A DNA stretch of 64,000 bases from Marsupella aquatica (lineage: Eukaryota > Plantae > Marchantiophyta). The notes beneath the pieces are model-generated. The model saw only the letters and a list, made by a program, of their open reading frames with translations, did no database searches and was not told the origin of the DNA. Below, piece after piece: positions 39,744 through 53,986 of the stretch (its first letter is position 1; every line of letters begins with the position of its first letter). The DNA lies in contig OZ316891.1 in assembly GCA_973895155.1 (NCBI GenBank), positions 17,978,095 through 18,042,094 on the forward strand, in the 5' to 3' direction. The translations under genes were made by a program, and so were the position numbers.

Positions 39744-40007
39744 CATTCGAATAGACATGTTAGTACTTAGGTTCAACAGTTTCATACTCGGCATCAATTC
39801 ATGTTTTGCGAGTAGACTATGAAATCGATCAGGATATGTAGGGCGCTCTACGTTTTGGCCAAATTTGAATAGCATTTTTGTATTTCGCAATTCAAATTCA
39901 GACAATAAAAGTACTTCTTCATGAAAATTCTCGCAGTCTTTGGAGTTCAAAACAAAAGTTACTACGAATGTAAGCCCACAAACGGACTGCTCTCACGCCT
40001 AGCAATA

Positions 40008-40744
40008 TCATCTAAACATCTTTGCCATCGGGTCCTTCTGGAACTCCCTCTCCTTCTGAGTCGGATTGAGTTTTGTGTCCGGCAAGGGGATGAAGCTCAG
40101 CAATACTCCGAGGATAAAAGAGTTGGTAACAGATTTTGGACTCACCAACTTTCCCATAATGCAATGATTGACCTTCCTGTCGAACTTACTGCACACATTG
40201 AGAAATGCACGCCAAATCCAGAGCTCCTTATCTTGCAAGACACCCATAGAGTTTGGGAAATTCATGAAAGACGTCGGATCAGGCAGGAGGTCCATCATCT
40301 ATTTCAGTCAGAGGTGAGACTCTTCTCGGCCAGTTCATGATCATCACCCACCCTTCTTGATGGTCATGCCTTACTAACCGGAAAAACAGCCCATTCATAA
40401 GTATAACTCACAAGATGATTCCATAACTTGCTTAAGAGTCGGACAGCCTGCATTGTAGCAAACACTTTCTTCCTCTTGACTTTGCCAAGTATCGATAGGC
40501 TGCAAACTGGTTTAAGAATGAGCGGTAAAATTCTCCGTTCGACAATTTTGATTGGAAGACCAGGTAACAAAGGTCTGGGATTCTCCCTAAGCACAACTCC
40601 ATCCTCTATCTCCTCCGCCTCAATGTAAGTTCTGATGCGATCCCTTGCCCATCTTCCATTCGATAAACGTTTCTCCCAATAAGCAGCACTCATAATTTTT
40701 GACATTGTCTCATCGGAAATTTCCTCAAGAAAAGCCATCTTCAA
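40008..40744 (-). pseudogene. Second F-box-like intronless ORF, convergent with the first
   Basis: PLLPGLPIKIVERRILPLI...VRLLSKLWNHLV...EW. Reading is broken near 40364. Confidence 0.5.
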
Positions 40745-41112
40745 AGATCTGACAATGCACAGTCTCGTCTAAACGCTTTCCTTGTTTTCCTGGAATCATC
40801 CTCAACACTATCTCTGACATCCTCAAATCCAATCGCCGCCAAAGAGGTCGAATTAAATTGCTTCAAATAGATCATGTCCCCTTTCGCAATCAATTGAGCG
40901 AGATCGCCAAATAACTTCCCGCCACGATTTGTACGGTGAGCCGTCATATCATTGTACTTGTCATTCATACGCTCAGAGGATTTCTCGTTGTCGTGATTTT
41001 CTCTTAAGTTATAAAAAATTGTTTGTTTTAATATGCTATAGATTATATAAGTAATTTAGTAGTTAGATTATTAAGTTTAGATTTTATTAAAACTCTTTAG
41101 CTATATTAACGG

Positions 41113-41325
41113 ACTATAGTAGTTCCACCAACTACAATAATATTCACCAACGCATAGTAGTTCTACCAACGCACAGTAGGTCCACCAGCGCATAGTAGTT
41201 CTACCAACTACAGTAGTTTTACCAACGCACAGTAGTTCTACCAACGCATAGTAGGTCCACCAACGCATAGTAGTTCCACCAACGCATGGTAGTTCCACCT
41301 ACTAAAAGTAGTTTCACCAACTATG
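41113..41325. repeat. ~16-19 bp minisatellite (tagtagttccaccaacgca)
   Basis: About 11 degenerate copies. Confidence 0.92.
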
Positions 41326-43724
41326 AATAGTACTAGCACACTCTTAGGTATTAGATGTTTGACACTTGGCCTTCATCCAAGTGCTTGGGCTTGATCCATG
41401 CCCTCTTGGTGTGCACTATAAATAAAGTGGTGAGGGGCACTCTCCCCTCATTCCGCAGTGTTTATCATTCAAGGTTGTGAAGCTCTTTTGTGCCTTGAAC
41501 ATAGTAGTGGGGTGTCCTTTGGCCCGGATAGCAAAGGAATGAGTGGTAGACTTATAGATGGGACCTTAGGGAATAAGGTTTCTTTGGGAATATAGGGGTG
41601 GGGCGTCCTTTGGCCCGGATAGCAAAGGAATAGGAGAGCCATCATGAATCCAGGAGAGAGAGTTATCCCTGATCTTCCCCTTCGTAGTCCGTTTTTGATT
41701 AGAGTCCATCTTTTAGACAAACCATCTATGAGACAACATCTAACCTATCATTTTGGAGCTCAGTTTGCAACTGCTGTTATGATGTCTAACGAGCCAATAA
41801 TATACCCAGTGGTGTCGTACCGAGAGGAGTGGGAGTGCATCATCTTTGTCCTTTATTGAAGTCATGGATCTGAATAGGAGTCCGGATGATATTCCTGTTT
41901 TATTTTCTCTTGGAGATATTAAAATCATATGTCGTAAGAAAACTAATTTTCGTGATGTGTTGGTCCGCAAGTATGGTGAAGTAGGGTTTAACAGTATTTT
42001 AATTTCACGTGAACCTTTCTTAATACCCACTACCCTTGTTACTAGAATTATCATTTTGATTTTAGTGTAGAACTTATGAACATGCAAGGTTAACTTCAAA
42101 AGAGCCAACATGCTCTTGCCAGAAAACACGATCATCCGGACATCGTCTTCACTCATTCATAATTCACGTCTCCACAAGGGCTCAATGAGCCTCGCCGAAC
42201 ATTATTGTACGGTCTCATGTACGGTCAGGCGTCATATCATTGTACTTCCCCTTGTGGTAAGTGGAATAATACAAATGTATGTAATTCTACCCTTAAATAC
42301 CAAGATTCGGTCCCGTAAAGAATAAACAAAGTGATTTACTAAAGTTTTGTGGTGTTCAAAATCTTCAAGCGATTTTCTTGCTGTTTCTCCTTATATAATC
42401 CTGAAACGATTATTATGTCACAAATGCTGAAATGAACTTCCTTAGGTTCGGCTTCTTCTCAGTAGATTGAAAGGTTTTCTCTTCCCTCTAACTTCCTTAC
42501 ACACTTATTAGTGATCGGTTTTACGTCATGAAGGTTGGTAGAATCCCCATTTCAACTAGATTTCAAAGGCACACCTTAGTTATCCATTCAATTCTATCTC
42601 CTACAACTAATTCAAACATCAAAACTTGAATACTTAAGTTTGATCCATAAAATGTTTGAAATTCAATTGATGTGAGTGGTACAAGTCTTCTCCATTAGAT
42701 TCTCTCTCCTAAGCCCAATTTGGCATGAGAAAAAGACCCACACTTGGTCAAAAATCAATGTTAAAGAAAAGACAATGAATCATGGTCTTGGGAGTCCACT
42801 TGTAAGACTCCCTCAAAAGGTTGAGATGCCAAAAAATTTAAGAGCCTAAAAACCTTTTCTCATCTAAACTTAAGGTCCTAAAAGGTAAGGTAAGACTAAG
42901 ACTCTATAAATCTAATTCCTAAAGGTACACTAAACTATGTCTCTCTATATCCTACTCTATCTAACTCATGGGAAAGCTCAAGAGGTGAGAAAAGAGATAG
43001 GAAACAATTTAAGTAACATATGCCAAAAAGCCTTGAAGAATCGGGTTTGGGTTATTCTTAAAATGATCTTTTGGGACCAAACTAAAATTCTTCTTATAGC
43101 CCTTGGCAAGAGCTTTCCAACGCACCAAAAATCTCCTCAAACCGACATCGGACCGATCCTCAATCATCCGGCAAAGTTGGTGCAAAATCCTCAAACCAAA
43201 ATCCTAAAAGCGATTTTCTCCGGATTTAGCAGGAAGCGATTCTTCAGTGTGAAATCCCAACTTCTTCACTTCTTTCCAAAACTTCCTTTTGAGGCTTAAA
43301 ATAGGTTAAGGGGTGGTCAAATGCTTCCAAAAACTTTCAAGTAGTGATAAAAAGTTTTAAATTGTACCAGTTTTACTCCATAACTCTTATTTGCCATTCC
43401 ACACCCCTTCCATGCTTGGACGATTGACCATCCACTCATTGCTACTTCCCGTCCCACAAAGGGGACAATCAAGAGAAATAAACGGATACGGCATATCTAC
43501 ACACGATCCCTCGTCCACGTCCACATATTGCAATCGTCCACGTCGCAACATACCTCATTGAATGCGGTAATGCGCCATCATTCCTCTCACACGTGAAATC
43601 ATTAAATTCACCATCAATACTCGACCCAATGCCAATGTGGTTAGCGCACCTTGCTGACTATCTAACTAAATTCAGATGTCCCGAGGTACTGAATCATTAT
43701 TGAGAACCAGGGGATCGACAACAC

Positions 43725-43920
43725 TTCCCTCTCCTCAGCGAGCCTCGCTGACTCTATAACCAAAATTCCTGAGGATGAATGCGCACACACTTGACTCTGC
43801 ATCACCCAGCCTCATTGACTCTATAACCAAAAATTCACATGTGTCGAGGTCTTGAATCATGATTGAGGATCTGAGGATCGACGAGACTTGACTCTGCTCA
43901 GCGAGCCTCGCTGACCGTCT
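43725..43920. repeat. Short dispersed direct repeats (ctcagcgagcctcgctgac, gactctataaccaaaattc)
   Basis: Each motif occurs twice within 200 bp; tcagcgag-c-ctcgctga is self-complementary. Confidence 0.7.
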
Positions 43921-46900
43921 AACTGAAAATTCAAATTTGTCCATAACCTCAATAATCATCGTCTGTATTCGGGGATATCCCAAGTTCTTGGAGGAAGAGA
44001 GAAGCGGTAAATTTACTTTAAAGACTCAAGTTCTTGGACAGTCTTCACATAGGGGGCAAGCTTTCAGTCTTGGAGAGACAAAGTACATTTCTAGAGAGTT
44101 GAGGGTCCGATTCTCAACGAGTTGCTTACCTTGCAATGGATCGTCTGAGTAGCAAGGAGGCTAATCTCCCATTCCAGATTGAGCGTTTGAGACGAGAAGA
44201 AAGTTAGAGAGGAGCCAGAGCAAGAGTTGTTCGACTGGACATTGGAAGTTCATCCTCTATTTTTGACGATGAGTCACGAGAAACCAAAACTTTTGCGATT
44301 CGAAATTGACATCCGCTAGCCGCCAATGAAGGAATGAGTCCCGGGGAGAGGAACATTCCATGGCTACCGAATTCACCCCCAAGACCATTTTCCGAGAGGT
44401 TCTGTATCCATCAGGTATCTCCTAAAAACAGAGTGGAGATCAGTGATCGGGAGGTGGCATTAAGAGTTCAGGAATATTTTGGTCGTGTTGATTTTGTTGA
44501 CTCAAATATATGAAACTCTCCTCTTCTTCGCCCCGTGACGTCCTCTCGAGTGCGCGCTATGTGAAGCGGCGGAAAATTGGCTTTCAGCATTGCTTCAAGC
44601 GAGCACCTGCAGGATTGAATGACGAATGTGAATCATCAACTTAGTTCCAAAGGTTTCGGTAGTTTTGCTTTGCTCCAAATCATTTCCTCATGTGTTTGAG
44701 AGAGTGCTAAATGATTGTGTTTGCATCCTCGTTTGAAAGTGAAGTTTCTCTCCGCAATTAAGCCCACTATGCTTGTTGTTGTAGCATGGAACACAAGATG
44801 TTTGAATATGTTTGACTGAATAAAAGTTACCATTCCTTTTGTAGAACCTGCCTATCGCCGGTTGTCTTCAATTGTGTCATTTGTAGCGATAATATCTAAC
44901 TCGAAAGGAATTACACTTCTTTGGTGGAACTTTCCTGTAGCATGTCAACCACTCTCCGTACATTGAAAATATCGATTCCATTGACGTTAATCTTGGCGAC
45001 CCTCGCTGAGCGGTGTATATTTGCTCGACAAAGTATCAGTTCCCTCCGCAACACGAATGTCATTTTCAAATCATTACTGTCCGTATATAGAAAATCTCTC
45101 AATCCCAATGACCCTTATTTTCATTGTGGAGCGAACAGCCTTTTCAGCAAGGGTCGTCGTGTGGTAATGATAGAAATGGAGTTGCTTTCCGTACGGGAAT
45201 TTAAAAACTTGAAAATGACATCGCTCATTTTTTGGCATGAGCTCGTGATTTGAAAAGTTCATTTGTCGGCCCTAAATCTGACGAGCTGTCAAATTCAAAA
45301 GAGGATGGGTTTGGGGGGGCGACTGACCTTCGTGGATGCCAAGACAGTTCATAAGAATTCATGTCACGTGTTGAATGAATCCTCTGTTGAATTCAAGTTA
45401 TGAGTTCATAGTGGAGTTCATGCGGAGAGGAACTTCATTATATTCTTGCATTTAGAGAATTCAAGTTACCAGTTGTGGAGTTGATGCAAAAAGGAACTTC
45501 ATCCTAAGCTTGCAATACAAATCTCGCAGATGGGAAGGAATAGAGAGTCTACAAAATGGGCAAGAGAGGTTGCGGTAGCTGGAGGACGATCTTTGGCCTC
45601 CACCAAGAAATGCTACATATGCTGAATTTTGAAATGATTGTGATGGACATATCGGTTTCATTCCACCAAAGCGGTATGTTTAAGTTCATTTTGCTCTGAA
45701 TTTTAGGAATTGTCAGGGATGTGGTTGTTTCTAAGATTCGGAATTCAGAATTTATTCCAGGGCAATTGATCTGCGGATAAAAGTTCAAAATTTGATCGAG
45801 AGCATTATCCAAGAGAAGGATGTCGCAACTGGGAGAAGAAAGTTGGTTGGAGAGATGAAATGGCGTCCCCGTAGAATGATAACTCCTGAGAAGTAGAGTT
45901 CGGGAACACAAGCAGGAGGTCGACCAATGTTTGACGCAGAAGGAATGTTAATAGTGGGGCCTCATGGTGAGATTAGCTTAGAGTAATATGGAATTTGCCA
46001 TATTGTAACTTGAGGTTAGTCTGTGTGCGACCGGAACTTATTTACGGTCAAGGATATAAAGCTGGATCTTTTTGGTGCGAATATGTGAATGTATACATGA
46101 AATGTACTCGTGACCTGGTCTATCCTCCCTCTCCGCGGCCTCACTGAGATGCCTCCAATCCTGTCTTGAAAGATTGATATCTTCGACTGATATCTTATAT
46201 CAGTGAGGGTACCTTATATGGTTGCGACACTTGTCAAATTAGGAGCAATCTATGGCTCCCAACTCTCCACCAAAGTTGCATGATGTTCTTATCAGGGTTT
46301 GACGAGAACCGATGATAGCTATTTAGCAACACTTTAAGCAATCTCAACCTGCTCAACAATCTATCCACCCTTGGCCAATCTTGCCATAGGTTCATGGACC
46401 ATCTGCTTGCCCTCAGTTGTGGTTGTACTGTCTCAGTGCATAGGCCGCAAGCTCACCAATGGACAATCAATAGCACCAGCAAAGCACATCCACAAATTAT
46501 TGTTCAGCTAATCCCAGGCAAGCTGATAATCCAAGTCGAGAAATTCAAATCCATTGTTTGACCAAGGACCTGATGACATGAACTCTCTGACATAGAGGCA
46601 ATTGTAGTGGTGTATGTCAAAATCCCATAGCATGCTCTCTTTCATCAGAGAAGAATGTTTGTTTGTACCCTAAACAACATCCATTGATAGCAAATGTGGA
46701 TAATAGATCCACCAACAAAGCCATATGGCACAATGAAAATCTTTGTGCCGTCTCATCTCTCTCCACATACAAGTAACGATGCATAGGAATTCCTCCTTGT
46801 AGAACAACAACCAATCTAGTGCTAATCTCACCAAATAAGTCTAGCACACAATTTATAACCTCAGGTGGGTACAACCATGCAATAGGAGTGGTATCCAATG

Positions 46901-47563
46901 GTAAAAGAGTCATCAGTCCATCAGCAAAAGGCTGATATGGGTATAGCAACCGAGACAAGAAACTTGTAAACAAGAATGTTGTTTCTTGTTTAGCATATGT
47001 TGCTACCAGGAAAATATCACAAGTTCATGATTACTAGGGAAAAAAACCTTGTACCATTTCAATCCCAAAGTTCAAGGTGTAGCCTTCTTATTTAATTTTC
47101 CCATGGTACAAACAGGCATTCTGAAAATGTAATCTCGGATAAATCCAAGTCTTGAATGATTTGTGCAAATGTAGCATCCATTTGTCAAATTCAAATATAC
47201 ATTGTCTTTAGTTTTCAACTCTAGGCACATAATAATTTATCCGTCACGCCAAGACAAACCAAGGGGTGCATGCATAGAAATCTCATGGAATGAACATAGA
47301 CATGGTAGTCCCACCACGATTGTAAACAAAAAGTATAATTAGAACAATATAACCCTTGCACTACTTTAATCCAAACTTTAATCCAAATCTATGGTCCAAA
47401 TTATAGGACACCAATATATTCACTAGCGCTAGCTAAACAATAGTTCAAGGAAATTAATAACAATGAGAAGACATATTAATAATCCAAATCCATATAAATC
47501 TGGTTTGTATGGACCAAATTTATCCATATTAATACAAACAAACCATATTTGGCTCCATACAAA

Positions 47564-49100
47564 CTAGATTGGTACACAAGCCTTGCTTGTACCCAATGTT
47601 TGTCTTACCCTTGGGGTTGAAATGTCGGGGTACATATACTCCTTATCCCGAATCTTGAGTTCCACTGGCACTGGTCCTATCGGGAGACAAAAGATCTGGG
47701 ATAATCGATACTCCATGAGGGACAAGGTTTGTCCCATCATCTTAGTAGCCAGTGTCTCTATGTCAAAGTTCTCAATGAAATCCTGCATTTCCCTTGCTCC
47801 GAAGGCAGTAGGCCGACAGGTTCAATGAGCAAATTTGTCTAGTTGATGCTCCTTGAGATAGTCTGCATGGGCTAGGGACATCATTGTCTACCATAGCACC
47901 TCAGGAACGTGTATTATGGACAGCAAGGGTTGCTTTGAGGGGGCAGGTCTCTTCCTGGATGGGGGATTGGCCAGGGGGTTGGCCCGGGCAAAAACTGGTA
48001 CAAGGGCAAGAGTAGTCTAAGCAAGCGGTTCAAGTCCCTAGTCTTCCTGCGTGCTTGTTGTGTCAGGTGCAAACTACCCTCGCCAACTGATCCCAAAGAA
48101 CAATCTGCATTGTCCGCAATGCAAACCTGGCTCTGACTAGGCGGAATCCTCTTGGTTGGGCCGGTTGTAGGTTGAATGGTGAGGACTGGGCCTAACAGAG
48201 TAGCCATATCCCAGTTGAATGTGTTAGAGCTTTCTCCCAAGAAGGCGAGGTTTTGTTCTGCCTCCCGCTGACAATTGATCTCCTCCTCCCTTCGCTCGGC
48301 CGCAAGCTGTTGCTCAATGTAGTCCAGGATCTTGTCAAACTCCGCCTGAGTTAGCTTTTGGCCACCCATCAACCTGAAATATTCTGCTGGTACCACCAAA
48401 TTGTCTCACCTACTGACCAAAAGCCCTTGTTATTGATGAAAAACTCGGTAATGTAGTCCCGGGTCTTGTTGTATCCTGAATCGTTGGTGATAGTGATGTT
48501 CTCATAGTTGATTTGCGCTACCTTGATCGCCAATTTAGCATACCTTCGCTCGTGCGCAGCCTTCTTGGGGTAGGAACACCAATAAGTCTTTGATAGCTTG
48601 GCTCCTACCTCCCCAAACAAGGTCCAGAATCCGAGAGCGATAAGGGTCATACTAACCTTCTCTATCCATTGATAGAACTCGCCTCCCATGCCATATTTGC
48701 TCCTTTGGGCAGGTCCATTATCTCTTGTGGAGAACTCCCGTTTGTCTTCTTATATTGCGCCTGACTAAATTTTGCTACAATGCACACTATCCTTTGATTT
48801 TCTTCAAAGAAACAATGTTGATTGTGAGAGGAAACAGAGCGTAAGCGCAAACAAACGGTGAGCAGGCGACGACAATGACAAAGCATGAGGTAGCAAATGA
48901 GTTGACAAGCCACCAAAGGGGTTCTTATGGGTGCTTCTAGGGAAGTCCAGATGTGAGATCGTTAAGTACTTGCAGCTGCCATCTCCCAATTGAACGCGAC
49001 CGCCTCGATCCAAGCGTGATTTGCCATAACAAACTTTTACTCCACCGGTCATAGTACAACAAATGGTCATAATAGTGCGCATCTTAATCAACACTCATTA
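47564..49100 (-). pseudogene. Decayed retroelement accessory-ORF region related to 10568-11188
   Basis: MQDFIENFDIETLATKMMGQTLSLMEYRLSQIFCLPIG parallels LLEFVGSWD...LTSNMIAEVFGLPMG. Upstream ORFs are fragmented and intronless. Confidence 0.45.
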
Positions 49101-50114
49101 TGTTGACTAACCTATTCCTAGCCTAATCATAATTGCTAAAACTGCTATGCATACTGTTCCTAACTATATGGATGCGGTCCACCATCGTCATGCTTGTGCA
49201 AATCTTCCAGACCATGATCACTGCTTGGATGCTGCAGGAAATCTCATGGGTCCAAGTTCTTGTTCGCAAGAATGGAGCATTGTATCCACCAAGTAGAGAT
49301 GAAATGCACAGTTTCAGCGAAATGCTCCATCAAGCCAACATAGTCACTGAAATGCTCCACAACCTATTTCCTTGTATTTGCAATCAGGAAATCTGTCTGT
49401 GGGGTACATAGCTTGTCAACAAGCCCTCCACAACAAAAGAACCCCCAAACCATCTTCTCCTCCTCACCAAGCGAGAGGAAACAACAATGCACATTTGCAA
49501 AAAACTTCCGCACCATAGCTCAACACTTTGCCTCCCACCCTACAATTTCTCCGCACTGAGTCGGGCACTGAGTACCTTGGAAGTCTACACTTGTGAGTTT
49601 CCCTAGTGATTTTCACGAGTGCAGGCTTAGTGAGCCTCCCGCCGATGATCTTAGGACTGTCTTTATGTCGTTCACTCCTACATACTTATGGTATGCCCTG
49701 GCTACATTCTTCATATACGTTGCCCCAAGCACGTTAAATCCAGTACATCTTCCCAATACAAAGTTCACAAAAATGTTGTCTATTTGCCCCCTATTTACTA
49801 GTCCTAGAACATGGTTAAATTATATACGTCGTCCAAGATGTGGGTCAATACTGTGTTGTGCACGACGTAAATATAACGACATAGGGCAATGTTATCTGCT
49901 CCCGCAGATCTTTGACGATATCCGACGACCCTTTAACATTGTCACAACAGGGTAACGATGTCTATCCCAATGTAAATTCTAGTAACGTCATTTTTGGGTA
50001 GGTTAAACCTGGTCTTGACATCTCAAAATGTAATTGTGTTGGTTCATGTTCTGGCAAATTTGGGCTGGAGAGGGCGACAACAAATAAAGGGTGCCAGAAC
50101 ATAAAACCAAAGTC

Positions 50115-50233
50115 AATGACACAAAGCTAATCAGGCCAGAACAAGTGTCAAAATGGTATACTCTTGGTTTATGATATGACACAAAGCTAATCAGGCCAGA
50201 ACAAGTGTCAAAATGGTATACTCTTGGTTTATG
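50115..50233. repeat. ~60-bp tandem duplication upstream of the hydrolase gene
   Basis: atgacacaaagctaatcaggccagaacaagtgtcaaaatggtatactcttggtttatg occurs twice. Confidence 0.92.
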
Positions 50234-50611
50234 TTTTGGTAAACTCTCGTAAAGGAGGGGCTCTTAACTAACCCAGGAAAGTGGGGGATCATTGAGGCAC
50301 GGTATTCGTGAATTGAAGGTGTCGATGACCCTGCATGAGGGTGCACATGTACAAAACGGTCCATCCAAATGGTACAGTTTGCAACGGCTGTCATCGCGTA
50401 TCGCGACAGTATTATCTTCTGTAGTGCGTGGAGCTGACATGCGACACTGCAAGCTTGCCTTCGCCAAACCTCCCCGGGAGACACAGAGTAACTCAAGCCG
50501 GGAAGGTAGAGTCCGAGCAATCAGCCCCAACAGAGTGCGCATCAGCAGGAAGAAATCTGCATTGAATTTGATCACATTATCGGTGAACTCCTAGAAATCC
50601 AGGGGATAGCC

Positions 50612-53600
50612 ATGGCAGCTGTAGCTCCAGCTGGACCCGCACAGTGGGTGCAAGCCCGTGTGTCGGACAACGGACTCGCGATCCTTACTCTCGATCGGCC
50701 TAAAGCTCTCAACGCCATGACTCTGGGTCCGTCTCCTCTCCCTTCGGCTTCTCTCCTTTCATTGGTCCGTTCTTTACTAGCTGGTCCCAACATGGAATGG
50801 TTTGTGGAATTAGTGCTCATGTCAAAGTAGACGGCAGTTACTTCGATGGAAATTTTGAACAACCTTGTCGGCCACCAAATTGTCCATCACAAAAATTCTT
50901 TTGCGCATGAACGCACTACATATGCCACATGAAGAGAATCAATCAAGGTCGTGAATGAATCCCGTTTGCATGCGGAATGTTATACTAATTTCATATTACA
51001 ATTACAGAAATGGACATTCTCTACAAGAAGCATTTGAGTGAGTGGGCTTCTGAAGCAGCAGTGAAAAGTGTCCTCGTGGAAGGAAGCACACCACGCGCCT
51101 TCTGTGCCGGTAGGTACTTCCTCTCATGCCTCTTTCAATCGAAGTTTGTGCCTGATTGACGTCCTAATCTAATTTTATCACACTTCCTCCCTCGTCTGAG
51201 CTTTCTTTCCATATTCCACATATAAGGGAATTGGTTGGATCGAGAAAGGGAGCTCCGAAATGGAAAACTAATGGTGTCTTGTAGCAGGATGAGTGTTAGA
51301 ATTACTGCCTACTTGTGCAAACTTTTCTTTTTTGAGAAGGCAGTTGTGCTGCGGTATTGCAGGGATGGATATTAAGGGGGTTGCTGCAGCTGTGAAACAG
51401 GACAAAACCTCATCATTGCCACATCAGGTCTCTTTTCCGAGCCGTAGCTAAATTGTATCAGTTGCTGGCGATCTCAAGGGACCGCGGGACAGGAGGGACT
51501 GGAGTGAAAGTGTGTTTCTTAATGAGATCTGGGATGGTTTCGGCCAGGTCCTTTCATTTTGAGATTTTCGTGTAGATTTGATAGGGTCTGCCTGTCGATT
51601 GGGTTGCAGGTGGGGATATTAAACAGATGCACAACCGTGATAAAGAATTGGGGATGTTCGATGTTGCTCTTCAGGTGGTCTTTCGGTACCAACCCTGAAG
51701 AGATACTCTTGGCAGCCAATGCATGTAGGACAACCATGCTAGTGTTCGATTGCAACCTGAAACATTCCCTTTACAATAATTTACCCCTCACCGAACGTTA
51801 GCTAATTTTGAGTGTGTATGCCTCTCAAATCTTGGGAATATGAGAGCAATTCTGCAGTTTGAAATGAGTTCTCACACTGTGTCCTGTTTGCGTTTACTGT
51901 GTCTGTCTTCATAATTGTGGAAGAACTTTGCTTATTACTTCCCAACTTGCAATTTGTCCTTTGACGCAGGTATTTGGAGCCGAGTACAGCTTGATTTGTG
52001 AAATCGCTAGATACAGGAAACCATACATATCTCTCATGGATGGCATCACCATGGGATTTGGAATTGGCCTCTCTGGCCACGGTCGCTATCGTGTAGTTAC
52101 GGAGGTGCGTGATGTTTGTTCTCCAGTGTGTCTTCTTCATTACGCGTCTTCGGCATTCTCTTTCATAATCAGAAGTTCCAACTGTATATTGGTGTCCCGC
52201 GATCCCTAGCAAGCCTGGTGTACGGAGAGCTGATGACCTCAGTTGACTGAGGGTTTCATCATTCATGTGCAGAGAACAACTCTGGCTATGCCAGAAAATG
52301 CGATTGGGTTGTTCCCAGACGTAGGTTTTGCACATCTGGTCGCTGACAGTCCTGGAAATGGTGCTCTTGGTAAGTGTCCCGCCTACGAAATGCGTTTTTC
52401 AAGCCTTAACGTTTCCATGATCGACCTAATTAGCTGTCCTTGGGATTTTGAAAATACAGCAAATTAATAGAGGAATCATGTCATCAAAATTACTAACACA
52501 TTGCTTCGGACCAACTGGGTGTCCAGGGGCCTACCTTGCTTTGACAGGCGCCAGGATCAGCAATCCAGCTGATGCTTTATATGTTGGTTTGGCAACTCAC
52601 TATGTTCCATCAGCAAATCTATCAGCTTTGAGGGAGACGCTTCTACAAGTAGACTTGTAAGCATCAACATGCAACGACGGATGTGAACTGTTACTCACAT
52701 AGACTACATTATTTGGAGAAGACGCTGTTGGAATCAAATAAACAAGCATAATAGTTCTCCTGATTATGACCTGTAAAACTTTAAGAGCTGCTCACTTTCA
52801 AAGCTTGAGAAGGTTCTTAACAGATGCCTGTCAAGGATTTCACTAGCCGTGGTCCGCTCCACGGGTAGTGATAGAAGGTTCTTGTTTGTTGCAGGTCAAA
52901 TGATGCCTATCAAAGGGTTGAAGAGGTGCTTTCTCAACACAGCCAGAGCCCAGAGGGGGAACCCAAGTTAAAGGGCCTCTTGCCATCTATTACGGCTTGC
53001 TTTGGTTTTGGTAAATCAGTCATAGACAGCCTTGAAGCTCTGAAACGAGAAGAACAATCCAGTAACCCTGCCGGTAAACTTCACCCCGCTTTTGTTGTTG
53101 GGACAGAAGTCAAATCTGGCAAATACTGGATCTCTAAACTCTATCACCTTTAGCATCGTGCTATTGATGAATTATTCTCTTGTAACTCAAGGTCTATTGC
53201 GCTGTGTGCTTCATATTGTTATCAAGTTGTTTAGGTTCAATGGCTTGCGAAGCTCTGTTTCCTCCCGTCACTAATATTTCCGCGCGGTGAAACAGTGGTA
53301 GAGTGGGCCAAAGGAGCTCTTGAGGGCTTAAAAAAAGGGGCTCCCTTCAGTCTTTCCGTTACTCAAATGCATTACGCCAAAGTGGCTGCTGCTGCCTCTG
53401 ATCCCAATGATCTACTTCTTGCCAAGGTTAGTACTGAGATACAAGTTGTCTTGACGGTATCGTCCATATTGATGGTTGGAGTGAGTCTCTGGTGAAAGCA
53501 TGGGTGCTGGAGGCTTGACCACTTCGTTCTTGATCTCCGTCGACTTCACTCTCAAGAGTCTCATTTTTGTCAAGTAGGCGTGATTCTGTGATTGATATTG

Positions 53601-53986
53601 AGGCAGATAGAGGGAGTGATGCGAAGTGAGTACATTCTTGGAATCAAGACCTCAACACGGAATGACTTTCTGGAAGGTGTCCGGGCGGTACTCATCGACA
53701 AGGATCAGGTCTCACATGTCCTTGGCTGGCATGTCTTTCTATGATCGTCATCTTATGCAATCACAGAATCAGCGAGCCTCTTGTTAATTATGTTCCAGTG
53801 TTAACCCTCTTTAACCTAGCACAGAGTTTGCTGTTGAAATTTCTGTGTCCACCAGAATACCTGTGCTAATATTAAGTATGTCATTTGCAGAACCCACAAT
53901 GGCAACCGGCAGCTGTTGAAGACGTCAAACTCGAGGACGTCAAATGGGTATTCAGTCCACTAGAAGGGCACACTCCGCCATTTTGA
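50612..53986 (+). CDS. 3-hydroxyisobutyryl-CoA hydrolase-like protein (crotonase family, At4g13360-like), multi-exon
   Basis: Exons give [134 protein letters not shown] introns; TGA at 53984-53986. Confidence 0.95.

Noticed and set aside
41113-41325. CRISPR-like array
   Set aside because: Head-to-tail degenerate units with no unique spacers, no cas genes, and eukaryotic context. The same applies to the repeats at 2318, 21186 and 61360.
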